From an uncultured Gammaproteobacteria bacterium (GTDB lineage: Bacteria > Patescibacteriota > Microgenomatia > Daviesbacterales > UBA10151), in NCBI GenBank assembly GCA_964523905.1, contig CAZFYQ010000007.1:10135-69187 (forward strand): a stretch of DNA of 59,053 nt, written 5' to 3'. The notes under the pieces are model-generated. The model did no database searches, was not told the origin of the DNA, and worked only from the letters and a program-made list of their open reading frames with translations. Position numbers and translations under genes: made by a program. Numbering within the stretch: position 1 is the stretch's first letter; every line of letters starts with the position of its first letter. Shown here piece after piece: positions 8,512 through 16,917 of the stretch.

Positions 8512-9802
8512 AATTATAATACTTACATTAATATCTTTATTCATTCTTCCCTCACCGGCCTATGCTCATGCTTTTGGACAGCTCTATACCCTACCAATTC
8601 CTTTATGGCTTTATTTATACGGAGCCGGAGCTGCTTTGGTGGTGTCTTTTCTAATCATCGGCTTTTTTGCTAAAGAAGACTCAAGTCTAACCCTACCTAA
8701 GATCAATATTAAACTCCCTTCAGCAGCCATCTTTTTCCTGAAAGTTTTAAGCATTTTTCTATTTTTACTAACTATTTTAACTGGCTTTTTTGGCAGTCAG
8801 TCCGGCATTGAAAACTTTGCCGTTAACTTTTTCTGGATTATTTTTTTACTAGGTTTTACCTATTTATCTGCTATTTTGGGTGACATCTGGGGAGTTGTTA
8901 ATCCCTGGAAAATTATCCTTTCGCTATTTGGCAGCATAAAACCAATTATTAAATATCCAAAGCCTTTAGGTTATATACCGGCAATAATCTGTTATTTCTT
9001 TCTGATCTGGCTAGAACTACTGTCTGGAGGCCTGGGAATCATGCCTAAATCGCTCTCTGTAATTATTTTAATCTATAGTGCCATCACCATACTTTCGGTG
9101 ATAATTTTCGGCCAGGACTGGTTTAAATACGGAGAATTTTTCTCAGTGTTTTTTGGATTAATTGGTAAACTGTCTCCTTTTTCAAAAGCTAATTTACTGG
9201 ATGAAAAGCCACAACATTTTAGCTTGCTTTTATTTATTATTTTTATGCTTTCATCAACTGCTTTTGATGGTTTCCGCTCCACCATTATATATCTTCGGTA
9301 TTTTTATACTGTTAATTCTCTGCTACTGCTGACTCTTTCCCCGATCTTTTTTTTAAGTTTATATTTACTGGCAATTGTATTAATGAAAATGCTGGCTAAA
9401 ACTTCTCTTTCTATCCGTGATCTGGCTTTACAATTTAGCTTATCACTCCTTCCCATTGCCCTGGCATATAATGTAGCGCATTACTTTACTCTACTTTTGA
9501 TTTCCGGTCAGGGTATTATCCCCATTTTGTCAGATCCCTTTAACCAAGGCTTAAATTTATTTGGCACCAGCGATTATCAAACCAATGTTGGATTACTTAG
9601 TGCCGGACTGGTTTGGCATATTGAAGTAGCCTCAATTATCATCGGACATATACTAGCAGTAGTTTTAGCCCATTTGCTGGCTTTAAAAATCTTTACTCGG
9701 AAGCAGGCTTTTATCTCTCAAATCCCGATGCTGGTTTTAATGGTTTTATATACTATCACAGGGCTTTGGATTCTGTCCCAGCCGCTGACTGTGGGAGGAT
9801 AA
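8507..9802 (+). CDS. polytopic membrane protein (at least 10 hydrophobic helices)
   Basis: 431-aa, strongly hydrophobic ORF. The start codon lies inside the right arm of a palindromic repeat. His follows the predicted signal sequence (AYA/HAFGQ). Confidence 0.6.
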   Translation: MTIIILTLISLFILPSPAYAHAFGQLYTLPIPLWLYLYGAGAALVVSFLIIGFFAKEDSSLTLPKINIKLPSAAIFFLKVLSIFLFLLTILTGFFGSQSGIENFAVNFFWIIFLLGFTYLSAILGDIWGVVNPWKIILSLFGSIKPIIKYPKPLGYIPAIICYFFLIWLELLSGGLGIMPKSLSVIILIYSAITILSVIIFGQDWFKYGEFFSVFFGLIGKLSPFSKANLLDEKPQHFSLLLFIIFMLSSTAFDGFRSTIIYLRYFYTVNSLLLLTLSPIFFLSLYLLAIVLMKMLAKTSLSIRDLALQFSLSLLPIALAYNVAHYFTLLLISGQGIIPILSDPFNQGLNLFGTSDYQTNVGLLSAGLVWHIEVASIIIGHILAVVLAHLLALKIFTRKQAFISQIPMLVLMVLYTITGLWILSQPLTVGG

Positions 9803-9803
9803 T

Positions 9804-10718
9804 ATGAAAGGCGTAAGGCTTCAGGCAACAGTTTACAGTTTAATATTTTTTTTTCTACTGCCTGTGGCCTGCGGCCTGTGGCCTGTTTCGGCACATCTAG
9901 TTGGCCAGCCACCTTTTTTTAAGGTTAACGGGCTCTATTCTCAGCTTTACCCAGTCCCTGTTACTTCTTTAAATAACTTTGATCTGCCTCAAGACAGCGC
10001 ACCGGATAATTATTTGGTTAATGTGCCGATTAGCTTTGAGTTTGATGAGGCCCGTTTACCTGCTCCCAAAGATATTATTGAAAAAACTAAATTTGACTGG
10101 GATTTTACAGATGGCAGCCATGGTGAAGGTTTAAAACAAACCCACACTTTCACTAAAATCGGCTCATACATTATTAAAATTTATGCGGATGACGGCACTA
10201 CTCCTAAACCACAGCTTTTGGAATCAGTCTTGGTTAATGTGTTACCGGATAAAAATTATCATTTGCCGCAGGCTAAAATTTTGATAAATGGCTTGTCTGG
10301 TAAAGATCCCTTAACTGATGTTTTGCAGTTTAGTTTTAATCAACCGCTTCAAATGGACGGCACAAAAAGCACTAGTTCTTCTGGAATTGCAGAATATTTC
10401 TGGGATTTGGGTGATCAAAAATCAGCCTTGGGTGCTACCCAAACTCATTTGGAACCAAAAGATCTGTCTCAAGCCTTCATAGTACTGCGTGTTAAAGATA
10501 AAAACGGTTTAATTGCCGATCAGTTTGTGGAAGTCCAAAATGGTTTAAACGAACAAAATTCCAAACAAACTCCCTCTACTATTTCCCCCACTCCAGTCCC
10601 TTTGCCTAAGAAATCAAATCAACTACCACTAACTTTAGCTGCAATTGTTGGATTAATAATAGTTTTGTTTATGGCTCGACATTGGCTTCGGGGCCGTTAT
10701 CACGGTAAGCGTCAATAA
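9804..10718 (+). CDS. secreted PKD-domain protein with C-terminal membrane anchor
   Basis: Signal peptide; PKD signature FDWDFTDGSHGEG...HTF...GSYIIKIYADDG; a second, degenerate YFWDLGD repeat; a C-terminal TM helix and basic tail. Confidence 0.7.
   Translation: MKGVRLQATVYSLIFFFLLPVACGLWPVSAHLVGQPPFFKVNGLYSQLYPVPVTSLNNFDLPQDSAPDNYLVNVPISFEFDEARLPAPKDIIEKTKFDWDFTDGSHGEGLKQTHTFTKIGSYIIKIYADDGTTPKPQLLESVLVNVLPDKNYHLPQAKILINGLSGKDPLTDVLQFSFNQPLQMDGTKSTSSSGIAEYFWDLGDQKSALGATQTHLEPKDLSQAFIVLRVKDKNGLIADQFVEVQNGLNEQNSKQTPSTISPTPVPLPKKSNQLPLTLAAIVGLIIVLFMARHWLRGRYHGKRQ
9858..9885. repeat. tandem heptamer tract (NGGCCTG x4) in the PKD-protein signal peptide
   Basis: CTGCCTG TGGCCTG CGGCCTG TGGCCTG, translated as LPVACGLWPV. 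Confidence 0.75.
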
Positions 10719-10726
10719 AAATTTAA
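10667..10726. repeat. direct repeat copy A: relic of a DUF3105-gene 3' end
   Basis: About 83% identical to 12034-12094. The antisense strand still reads IDAYRDNGPEANVEP-TAA, against IDAYRDNGPEQTVEP-TAA in the intact gene. The sense strand forms the C-terminal tail of the PKD protein. Confidence 0.8.
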
Positions 10727-10730
10727 GATA

Positions 10731-10757
10731 CAGCTGCCCACGTTACATGGGCAACTG
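10731..10757 (-). terminator. hairpin downstream of the 120-aa ORF (possible terminator)
   Basis: CAGcTGCCCA...TGGGCAaCTG stem. On the minus strand it is followed, after 8 nt, by TTTTT. Confidence 0.35.
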
Positions 10758-10773
10758 CGCAAGACCTGCATTC

Positions 10774-11136
10774 CTAAACAGCCGACAGTACTCTTTCTGC
10801 CAAAACTGGATCATGAACCTGAGATATTTTAGTTCCTTTTAGTCTGCTTAACCAACCATGAATTTGATTTTCAGCTACCAAAACCGCATTTTGTTCTTGA
10901 TCTGTCCCTAAGACAGTTTGTACTTCAGTTCCACAAAACTGAGTTATTCCATCAACAATGTACAAAGCCTTAATCGGGTGCTTGTGCATTTCAATCTCCT
11001 CATCTAATTCCAAAGGCCCATGCACTGGTAATTGACCTTCAGATTTTAGCTGAGTGAATACTGCGTCTTGTTTCGCTGTTAATTTAAAAAACTGATAATT
11101 TGCTTCTCTTAATTCGCCTTCTTTCATGCTTAACAT
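10774..11136 (-). CDS. hypothetical protein (120 aa)
   Basis: Clean ORF with a GAGGGGGG Shine-Dalgarno upstream and a hairpin plus T-run downstream. No motif recognised. Confidence 0.5.
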   Translation of the reverse strand: MLSMKEGELREANYQFFKLTAKQDAVFTQLKSEGQLPVHGPLELDEEIEMHKHPIKALYIVDGITQFCGTEVQTVLGTDQEQNAVLVAENQIHGWLSRLKGTKISQVHDPVLAERVLSAV

Positions 11137-11259
11137 TCCCCCCCTCTTGTATTAAACAATCAAATATTACTACAGATTTTTTTTGCGTCAATTAAAGAAT
11201 ACTTTGTTAAAATAGTTTTAGCTTCAAATTAGCCAATTATAATTAATTTGTCGTAAATA

Positions 11260-11268
11260 TGATACAAT
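11260..11268 (+). promoter_or_regulatory. extended -10 promoter of the TrmB-family gene (leaderless spacing)
   Basis: TGaTACAAT, with the ATG at 11276 following a 7-nt gap and no Shine-Dalgarno. Confidence 0.45.
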
Positions 11269-11275
11269 AGTAAAA

Positions 11276-12034
11276 ATGCAAAATTACAGCGAGAGAGAAA
11301 AATATTATTTAGAACTTTTAACTGGGTTTGGATTAAAGGAAAAAGAGGCCCAGGTTTATTTAGCTTCTCTTACTCTTGGACAAACCGGAGTTACTGAAAT
11401 TGCCAAACAAGCCGGCATCCAGCGGACTTTTACTTATGATATTTTAGAAGAACTAAAAAAGCGTGGCTTAGTTTCAGTTGTTGATACTGCGGGTAAAAAG
11501 CATTTTCAGGCTATTTCTATTGAAAGTTTCCTTTTTTTAATGGAAGAAAAATTCGACCGCTTTAAGGCTTTTTTACCAGAACTTAAGGGCTTGGAAAAAG
11601 CGGTTAATAAACCCGGTGTGCAGTTTTTTCAGGGCATGGAAGGAATTAAGGCAGTACTACTGGATACCTTAAATCAACCAACCGGATCAGAAATCCTTTG
11701 TTTTTCCAACGCCCAGGGGCTTTATACTGAAGTTAAAAGACTTGAACAGTGGTATGTTGGGGAAAGAGTGAAAAGAGAAATAAATATGCGCTTTATTGCA
11801 CCCAATAACCCGGAAACCATGGAATACATTAAGCAGGATAAAAAACAAAAAAGGGAGTCTCGTACAGTCCCCCAGGAATTTTTCCCTTTTTATGCGGAAG
11901 TGGATATTTATGCAAATAAATTGGCTATTTTAAGTTTGGATCAAGAGGAACCAATTGCCATTATTATCGAATCAGAAGCAGTTGCAAAAACCCAAAGAAT
12001 GATTTTTGAGCTGGCCTGGAAAGGCGCGAAATAG
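11276..12034 (+). CDS. TrmB-family transcriptional regulator
   Basis: N-terminal winged HTH (LGQTGVTEIAKQAGIQRTFTYDILEELKKRGLV) and a C-terminal TrmB-like domain. Confidence 0.75.
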   Translation: MQNYSEREKYYLELLTGFGLKEKEAQVYLASLTLGQTGVTEIAKQAGIQRTFTYDILEELKKRGLVSVVDTAGKKHFQAISIESFLFLMEEKFDRFKAFLPELKGLEKAVNKPGVQFFQGMEGIKAVLLDTLNQPTGSEILCFSNAQGLYTEVKRLEQWYVGERVKREINMRFIAPNNPETMEYIKQDKKQKRESRTVPQEFFPFYAEVDIYANKLAILSLDQEEPIAIIIESEAVAKTQRMIFELAWKGAK

Positions 12035-12094
12035 TTTATGGCTCGACAGTTTGTTCAGGGCCGTTATCGCGGTAAGCGTCAATGAAAGCTTTAA
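12034..12094. repeat. direct repeat copy B: the authentic 3' end of the DUF3105 gene
   Basis: See copy A. The two copies bracket 10727-12033. Confidence 0.8.
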
Positions 12095-12719
12095 TCTTAC
12101 CTGAATTAAAGCTTTCTAATTTTTCAATCCGGTCCCAAGCGGTTAAAGTCAGTGGCACATCCATTCCAACTCGCGGCATGGCAATTAATTTATGCGGGCC
12201 AAACTTTTGCAACACATCTTTGATTTGATTTTCCATGCTGCTACAACTTCCATCAGAGAAGGATTTTGGCATCTGCTTTAAAGTTGCCGAAGCACTACCA
12301 TCAGTCCCATCTGTCATGGCAGTCTGCGCATAAACTGTGCTTACTATCCCCTGTTGCCTGTAACCTGTAACCTTTCTCTCGCAGTCATACCAGATAATCA
12401 CATAACCATGCTCCTGGGAATGCACTAAGTTACCATCTGCCCTTGGTTCGCTGTAAAACCCCTTGGTAATCCAGGAGCTGTAGTGTGGACCAAAAGTGGG
12501 CGGATTAGAAGGATAATTTAGAGCTGTTCCATCAGGAACATGCATCCGACATTTATCCCCAACACTTTTAGTATCCACTTTGGAAAAATCAATGACTTTA
12601 TCACAATTATAGTTTATTTTTTCACCGGGTAAAGGTTTGGTTGATTCAATAAATAACCAGCCCAAAAGAGCAACCATTATTACGACAATCACTCCGATAA
12701 TCAACCATTTATTTTGCAT
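12036..12719 (-). CDS. DUF3105-family membrane-anchored protein
   Basis: N-terminal TM helix and an HSQEHGYVIIWY motif typical of DUF3105. Adjacent to a DsbA-like gene. Confidence 0.6.
   Translation of the reverse strand: MQNKWLIIGVIVVIMVALLGWLFIESTKPLPGEKINYNCDKVIDFSKVDTKSVGDKCRMHVPDGTALNYPSNPPTFGPHYSSWITKGFYSEPRADGNLVHSQEHGYVIIWYDCERKVTGYRQQGIVSTVYAQTAMTDGTDGSASATLKQMPKSFSDGSCSSMENQIKDVLQKFGPHKLIAMPRVGMDVPLTLTAWDRIEKLESFNSGKIKAFIDAYRDNGPEQTVEP
12350..12370. repeat. tandem heptamer tract (CCTGTTG family x3) in the DUF3105 gene
   Basis: CCTGTTG CCTGTAA CCTGTAA, translated on the minus strand as TGYRQQG. Confidence 0.75.
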
Positions 12720-12726
12720 GAGGAAT

Positions 12727-13503
12727 TTATGAACTTAATTGGCAGTTATTAACCGACCAGGTTTTACCTTTAAGTTCTGCTTCAATTGCTCCTTTGAAGG
12801 TTTCGTAAGAACAGGCTCCGGAGATTTGTTTGCCATTAATGAAGGTGGCTGGTGTGCCATTTACACCGGCTTTTTGACCATCATCAAAATCAGCTTTAAC
12901 TTGAGCAGCATACTTATCTGACTCCAGACAAGTCTTAAATTGGTCGGCATTTAAATTCAAAGTTGAAGCAAAACCTTCTAACTTATCTTTGGTAAAGGCG
13001 CCGGAATTTTCCTGGCCCTGATGAGAATAGAGATAGTCATGATACGGCCAAAATTGACCTTGTTCATTAGCACATTCAGCTGCCTCCGAGCCCCAAGTTG
13101 ATTCCTGACCGAGGAAAGCATAACTTCTAAAAGCAAACTTAATCTTACCGGTGTTAACATAATCTTTCATTAAGCTTGATTCAACATCAGTAAACCATTT
13201 CTCACAAAAAGGACATTGAAAATCAGCAAATTCTACGACCGTGATTTTAGCGCTATCACTACCCTCAACCGGAAAATGACCACTAGCGACGTCAACTTTG
13301 GTTCCGGGTGCTGGAGCGGTGCTAGGTGCAGGAGAAGCAACTACCGTACCTGGGGCCGCTGCATATCCCCCGGCATTACCCATGGCAGTTGTTGGCTGAC
13401 CAATTTTAATTACTCCCCCATGCAGTAAAATTGATACGGAAATTAAAATACAACCTAGTAAAATTGCAACAGGAGTTGTCAAAAAGGGGTGCGGTCGATC
13501 CAT
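12727..13503 (-). CDS. DsbA-family thiol:disulfide oxidoreductase
   Basis: N-terminal TM helix and a thioredoxin-fold CxxC motif (FADFQCPFC). Confidence 0.85.
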   Translation of the reverse strand: MDRPHPFLTTPVAILLGCILISVSILLHGGVIKIGQPTTAMGNAGGYAAAPGTVVASPAPSTAPAPGTKVDVASGHFPVEGSDSAKITVVEFADFQCPFCEKWFTDVESSLMKDYVNTGKIKFAFRSYAFLGQESTWGSEAAECANEQGQFWPYHDYLYSHQGQENSGAFTKDKLEGFASTLNLNADQFKTCLESDKYAAQVKADFDDGQKAGVNGTPATFINGKQISGACSYETFKGAIEAELKGKTWSVNNCQLSS

Positions 13504-13517
13504 TGTTTTTCAGTCTA

Positions 13518-14102
13518 TCAATTAAATTGATTTTGCGCAACAGGTAAGCCTTTTTCCAGTAGAATTTCTACTGCCTTTATGGCTTGTTTTAACATGTGTT
13601 TAACCTGTGCATGTTCTGAATGTAAAAAAGGTTCTAAGACAAATTTTTCAGCAGAAATTGAGGCATGTTTATGCTCGCCGCTTTGGGTTTTTAAATTTCC
13701 AATACCTAACCTGACCCTGACAAACTGATCAGTACCCAAGGCCCCAATTATTGACTCTACTCCGTGATGACCAGCAGCTGCCCCACCTTGGCGCACTTTA
13801 ATCTTTCCTAAAGGCAAATCCAGTTCATCATGAATAATCACAATATCTTCTGGTGCCACTTTATAATAATCAGCCACCAGCTTTACTGCCATTCCGGAAT
13901 TATTCATATAGGTTTGGGGTTTAACTAGTAATAAATCTTTGGAAACTTTTGCAAATTGGGCTTTAAACTTTTTGCTGTCTTCCCAACTGTTGCCTGTTGC
14001 CTGTTGCCTGTCTGCTATCCTATCCACCAGCTCAAATCCCAAATTATGTCTGGTGCCAGCATATGATTCTTTTGGATTTCCTAAGCCAACAATTATTTTC
14101 AT
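13518..14102 (-). CDS. pth: peptidyl-tRNA hydrolase
   Basis: Motifs GLGNP, TRHNLGF, MNNSG and HDELDLP. Contains the in-frame heptamer tract DRQQATGNS. Confidence 0.9.
   Translation of the reverse strand: MKIIVGLGNPKESYAGTRHNLGFELVDRIADRQQATGNSWEDSKKFKAQFAKVSKDLLLVKPQTYMNNSGMAVKLVADYYKVAPEDIVIIHDELDLPLGKIKVRQGGAAAGHHGVESIIGALGTDQFVRVRLGIGNLKTQSGEHKHASISAEKFVLEPFLHSEHAQVKHMLKQAIKAVEILLEKGLPVAQNQFN
13987..14014. repeat. tandem heptamer tract (CTGTTGC x3 plus CTGTCTG) in pth
   Basis: Translated on the minus strand as DRQQATGNS. Confidence 0.85.
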
Positions 14103-14888
14103 TTATTCAAGCGCCTTTAAAATCTGGTCATGAATTATTCCATTTGATGCCACAATATTTAATCTTTCTTTAGTCCAAGCCGGTTCATTTCCCTCAAAAT
14201 CAGTCACCATTCCACCGGCTTCTCTAACAATAACAGCACCAGCCGCAAAATCCCAGGGGTAGGCATAATTAACATATAAATCCAACTTTCCGGCTGCCAG
14301 CATGCCAAAACTAACCACTGCTGAGCCAAAAGAATAGATATAACCAATTTTAGTAATTAGCTTATTAACATATAGATCCAGCTTATACTGTCTTCTGACA
14401 TTGTGGCCAAAATCTAATACCCCTACTGATTCTTTTAAGGTTTCTTTTCGTCTAACCTGAATTTTCTTATCATTTAAATACGCGCCCTGACCTTTGGTTC
14501 CCCAGTACAGTTGGTCAGAACTGGGATTATAAATCACTCCCAAAACCGGAATATCATTTTCCAGCAAAGCAATGGCCACTGAAAAAGAAGGAATGCCGGA
14601 ACCAAAAGAGATACTGCCATCAAGTGGATCAATAACCCAGGTATACTGGGAGTTTTTCTTTAAGTTAGTCTCTTCCTCTGCCACAATACTATGTTTGGGA
14701 AAGTTAGTCTCAATAATTTTAACAATAATTTTTTCAGCTTCTAAGTCCGCATCGGTTGCATAATCAGTGGGATCTTCATTTTTGATATTTTTATTTTGGA
14801 TTGTGCCGGCATATTTTAATATCACTTTGCCAGCTTCTTTGGCTGCTTCCTTTGCTACTTTTAATAATTGTTCATCCATATTAATCAA
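14103..14888 (-). CDS. inositol monophosphatase/FBPase-family phosphatase
   Basis: WVIDPLDGS and WDFAAG motifs of the IMPase family. Confidence 0.85.
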   Translation of the reverse strand: MINMDEQLLKVAKEAAKEAGKVILKYAGTIQNKNIKNEDPTDYATDADLEAEKIIVKIIETNFPKHSIVAEEETNLKKNSQYTWVIDPLDGSISFGSGIPSFSVAIALLENDIPVLGVIYNPSSDQLYWGTKGQGAYLNDKKIQVRRKETLKESVGVLDFGHNVRRQYKLDLYVNKLITKIGYIYSFGSAVVSFGMLAAGKLDLYVNYAYPWDFAAGAVIVREAGGMVTDFEGNEPAWTKERLNIVASNGIIHDQILKALE

Positions 14889-16176
14889 ACAAACCTAACT
14901 GGGGAACTGATGTTACCACTGGCTTCTTTTCTTCTACATTATTCCAGATTTTAACCACCCCGTAAACCCCATCATAGCCCGGATCAATGACCAGCTCCCC
15001 TTTTCTATCCTTATCAACTCCCTCTGCAATTCTTGGTCCGGACACTTTGGCGATTTCTGACAGATCTACTTTGGTTAAAACCTTAATTTCCCCACCCAGA
15101 GCAGTCACCAACTTTTTATACTCAACTTCAACCTTTTGGCTTGTTTTAGCAGTCCCTACCGATTCAGCAATTACTTGATTTAACGGCACTAACATTTTGT
15201 AACCAGGGCGATGAGGAAAAAGATTACTTTTAATCATTCCTTTGTCATTTGAAATTTGTAATTCATCATTCCCTCGCGAAGCGAGGGCTTGGACCCGTTC
15301 CATTACCCCCTCTGTTAAAGGTCTTTTACAAACCGGACAAGTTCTGCCGTTTTTTGCAGTATCCTCCGGAGTATATTTCACATTACAACTGCGATGTCCT
15401 GTGTAGTGATACTTACCTTCTTCAGGATAAAACTCAATCGTGCCAGCGACTTTAGCCTCTTTAATATCTTGCCACATTCTGTCGTAACCCTCTTCAAGGG
15501 TTCCGGCAAAAACAGTGGCTTCTCTACCTAAATTAGGCAAAGAATGAGCATCGGAAAAAGACAATATGGATTTAGTATCAAGCTCCTTAACTCGCCAGTT
15601 CATGGCCGGATCAGAAGATAAACCGGTTTCAATTCCATAAACATAAGGAGTTAAGTCTTCAAAGCATTCTTGCAAGCTGTCATAACCAGACATTGAACCT
15701 AAAATCCCGAACCAGGGAGTCCAAGCATGGGCCGGGATAAAAATTGCCTTGTCTGAGGCCTCAAGTGCCATGGAAAGCAGCTCTTTAGAAGGAATGCCGA
15801 CAATTGGCCGTCCATCAGATGCTAAGGTGGCTCTTCTTATCATTAAAGCCTTCTGGAATTTCTCTGCTGCCTCAAAAGAAGGCATGAAAATAAGATTATG
15901 AATCCTTCTGCCCTTACCGTTATGAGTATAAATTGAAGCTACTTCTACGGTCAAGGCAAATTTAATCTCTGAGCTATCATGAGTTAAAAACCCGGAGCCG
16001 TCTTCTTTAAGCTGAGATTTTAATTCTGCCAGCCATAAAGGATGCAAAAAGTCACCGGTTCCCAGAAGTGTAATTCCCTTTAGCTTCCCCCACTCTACTA
16101 AGTTAGGAATATTTAATTGTAAAGAGCAGGCCCGGGAAAATCTGGAGTGAATATGTAAGTCTGCCACATACGCCAT
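14881..16176 (-). CDS. endonuclease Q-like PHP-domain nuclease (TIGR00375-type)
   Basis: N-terminal ADLHIHSRFSRA PHP motif, GTGDFLHP, and a CPVC zinc-finger segment. Length and architecture resemble archaeal EndoQ. Confidence 0.65.
   Translation of the reverse strand: MAYVADLHIHSRFSRACSLQLNIPNLVEWGKLKGITLLGTGDFLHPLWLAELKSQLKEDGSGFLTHDSSEIKFALTVEVASIYTHNGKGRRIHNLIFMPSFEAAEKFQKALMIRRATLASDGRPIVGIPSKELLSMALEASDKAIFIPAHAWTPWFGILGSMSGYDSLQECFEDLTPYVYGIETGLSSDPAMNWRVKELDTKSILSFSDAHSLPNLGREATVFAGTLEEGYDRMWQDIKEAKVAGTIEFYPEEGKYHYTGHRSCNVKYTPEDTAKNGRTCPVCKRPLTEGVMERVQALASRGNDELQISNDKGMIKSNLFPHRPGYKMLVPLNQVIAESVGTAKTSQKVEVEYKKLVTALGGEIKVLTKVDLSEIAKVSGPRIAEGVDKDRKGELVIDPGYDGVYGVVKIWNNVEEKKPVVTSVPQLGLFD
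15264..15292. repeat. variant repeat arm inserted in-frame in the EndoQ-like gene
   Basis: TCATCATTCCCTCGCGAAGCGAGGGCTTG contains a perfect 7-bp hairpin (CCCTCGC-GAA-GCGAGGG). It is translated as QALASRGNDE. Confidence 0.5.
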
Positions 16177-16196
16177 GAGCGCATTTTACCACAACT

Positions 16197-16892
16197 TTAT
16201 TTATTAAAACTTACCTGCAATATAGTATCGCCCTGTTGATTCATTGAAGCATAGTACTGAGCATCTGGTGTACCAGATATTACTACTCCCCTCATTCTAT
16301 ATTGCCCACTACCTGAATTATCAGTCCAACCTCCGGTAAATTCTTTTATTGAAGCATCTAAACCACTAGGAAGATTATATGTTCCTCTTAGAAGACTTTC
16401 TAAGGTATCTTCAGAAATTAACCCTGTTTGATCACGCACAATCTCTAATCCAGGCACATAAAGTGGCTGTGGGATAGGTCTTGAGTGAGGTCCGTGATTA
16501 CTACTTAAATCTGCAACCAATAAGTTGTGTGTATCATAGTCATATCTTGTAACTAAATGGAAATCTTGTCCGCTTGCTGTTTTTATACCTCCTTGAATCA
16601 CACGTTCAACATGCTCAGCTGTTTCACCTCCGCTTGGATATAATCGCTGAATTCCCTGCCCAGCCTCAATAGTTGGCTCCGCACCTCCAAAATATTCGGG
16701 GTTAATATATCTCTTAGCTATAACCAGTCTTTCTTCTTTTTCCTGATCTGTAGCAGGATCAATTGCTAGAGCCTGCCGAGCTGTTGTCTTTTGTTGCCCG
16801 GGAGAAGCATCTAAGCTCTCAGCAACAAGCCACGCTGCCAATATAACTGCACCACCTCCCACCAGTAATTTACGCCTGCTTAATCTTTCCAT
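16197..16892 (-). CDS. secreted hypothetical protein (Tat-like signal)
   Basis: Start set at MERLSRRKLLVGGGAV. The longer track ORF (to 16973) would overlap the ligase 3' end by 56 nt. Confidence 0.5.
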   Translation of the reverse strand: MERLSRRKLLVGGGAVILAAWLVAESLDASPGQQKTTARQALAIDPATDQEKEERLVIAKRYINPEYFGGAEPTIEAGQGIQRLYPSGGETAEHVERVIQGGIKTASGQDFHLVTRYDYDTHNLLVADLSSNHGPHSRPIPQPLYVPGLEIVRDQTGLISEDTLESLLRGTYNLPSGLDASIKEFTGGWTDNSGSGQYRMRGVVISGTPDAQYYASMNQQGDTILQVSFNK

Positions 16893-16917
16893 TAGGACAA
16901 TGTTATCATAAATTTTT

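Noticed and set aside
13987-14014. The heptamer tracts as miniature CRISPR arrays or as phase-variation switches.
   Set aside because: The units are 7 nt with no spacers and there are no cas genes. They lie in essential housekeeping genes, where frameshifting would be lethal, so contingency-locus behaviour is unlikely.
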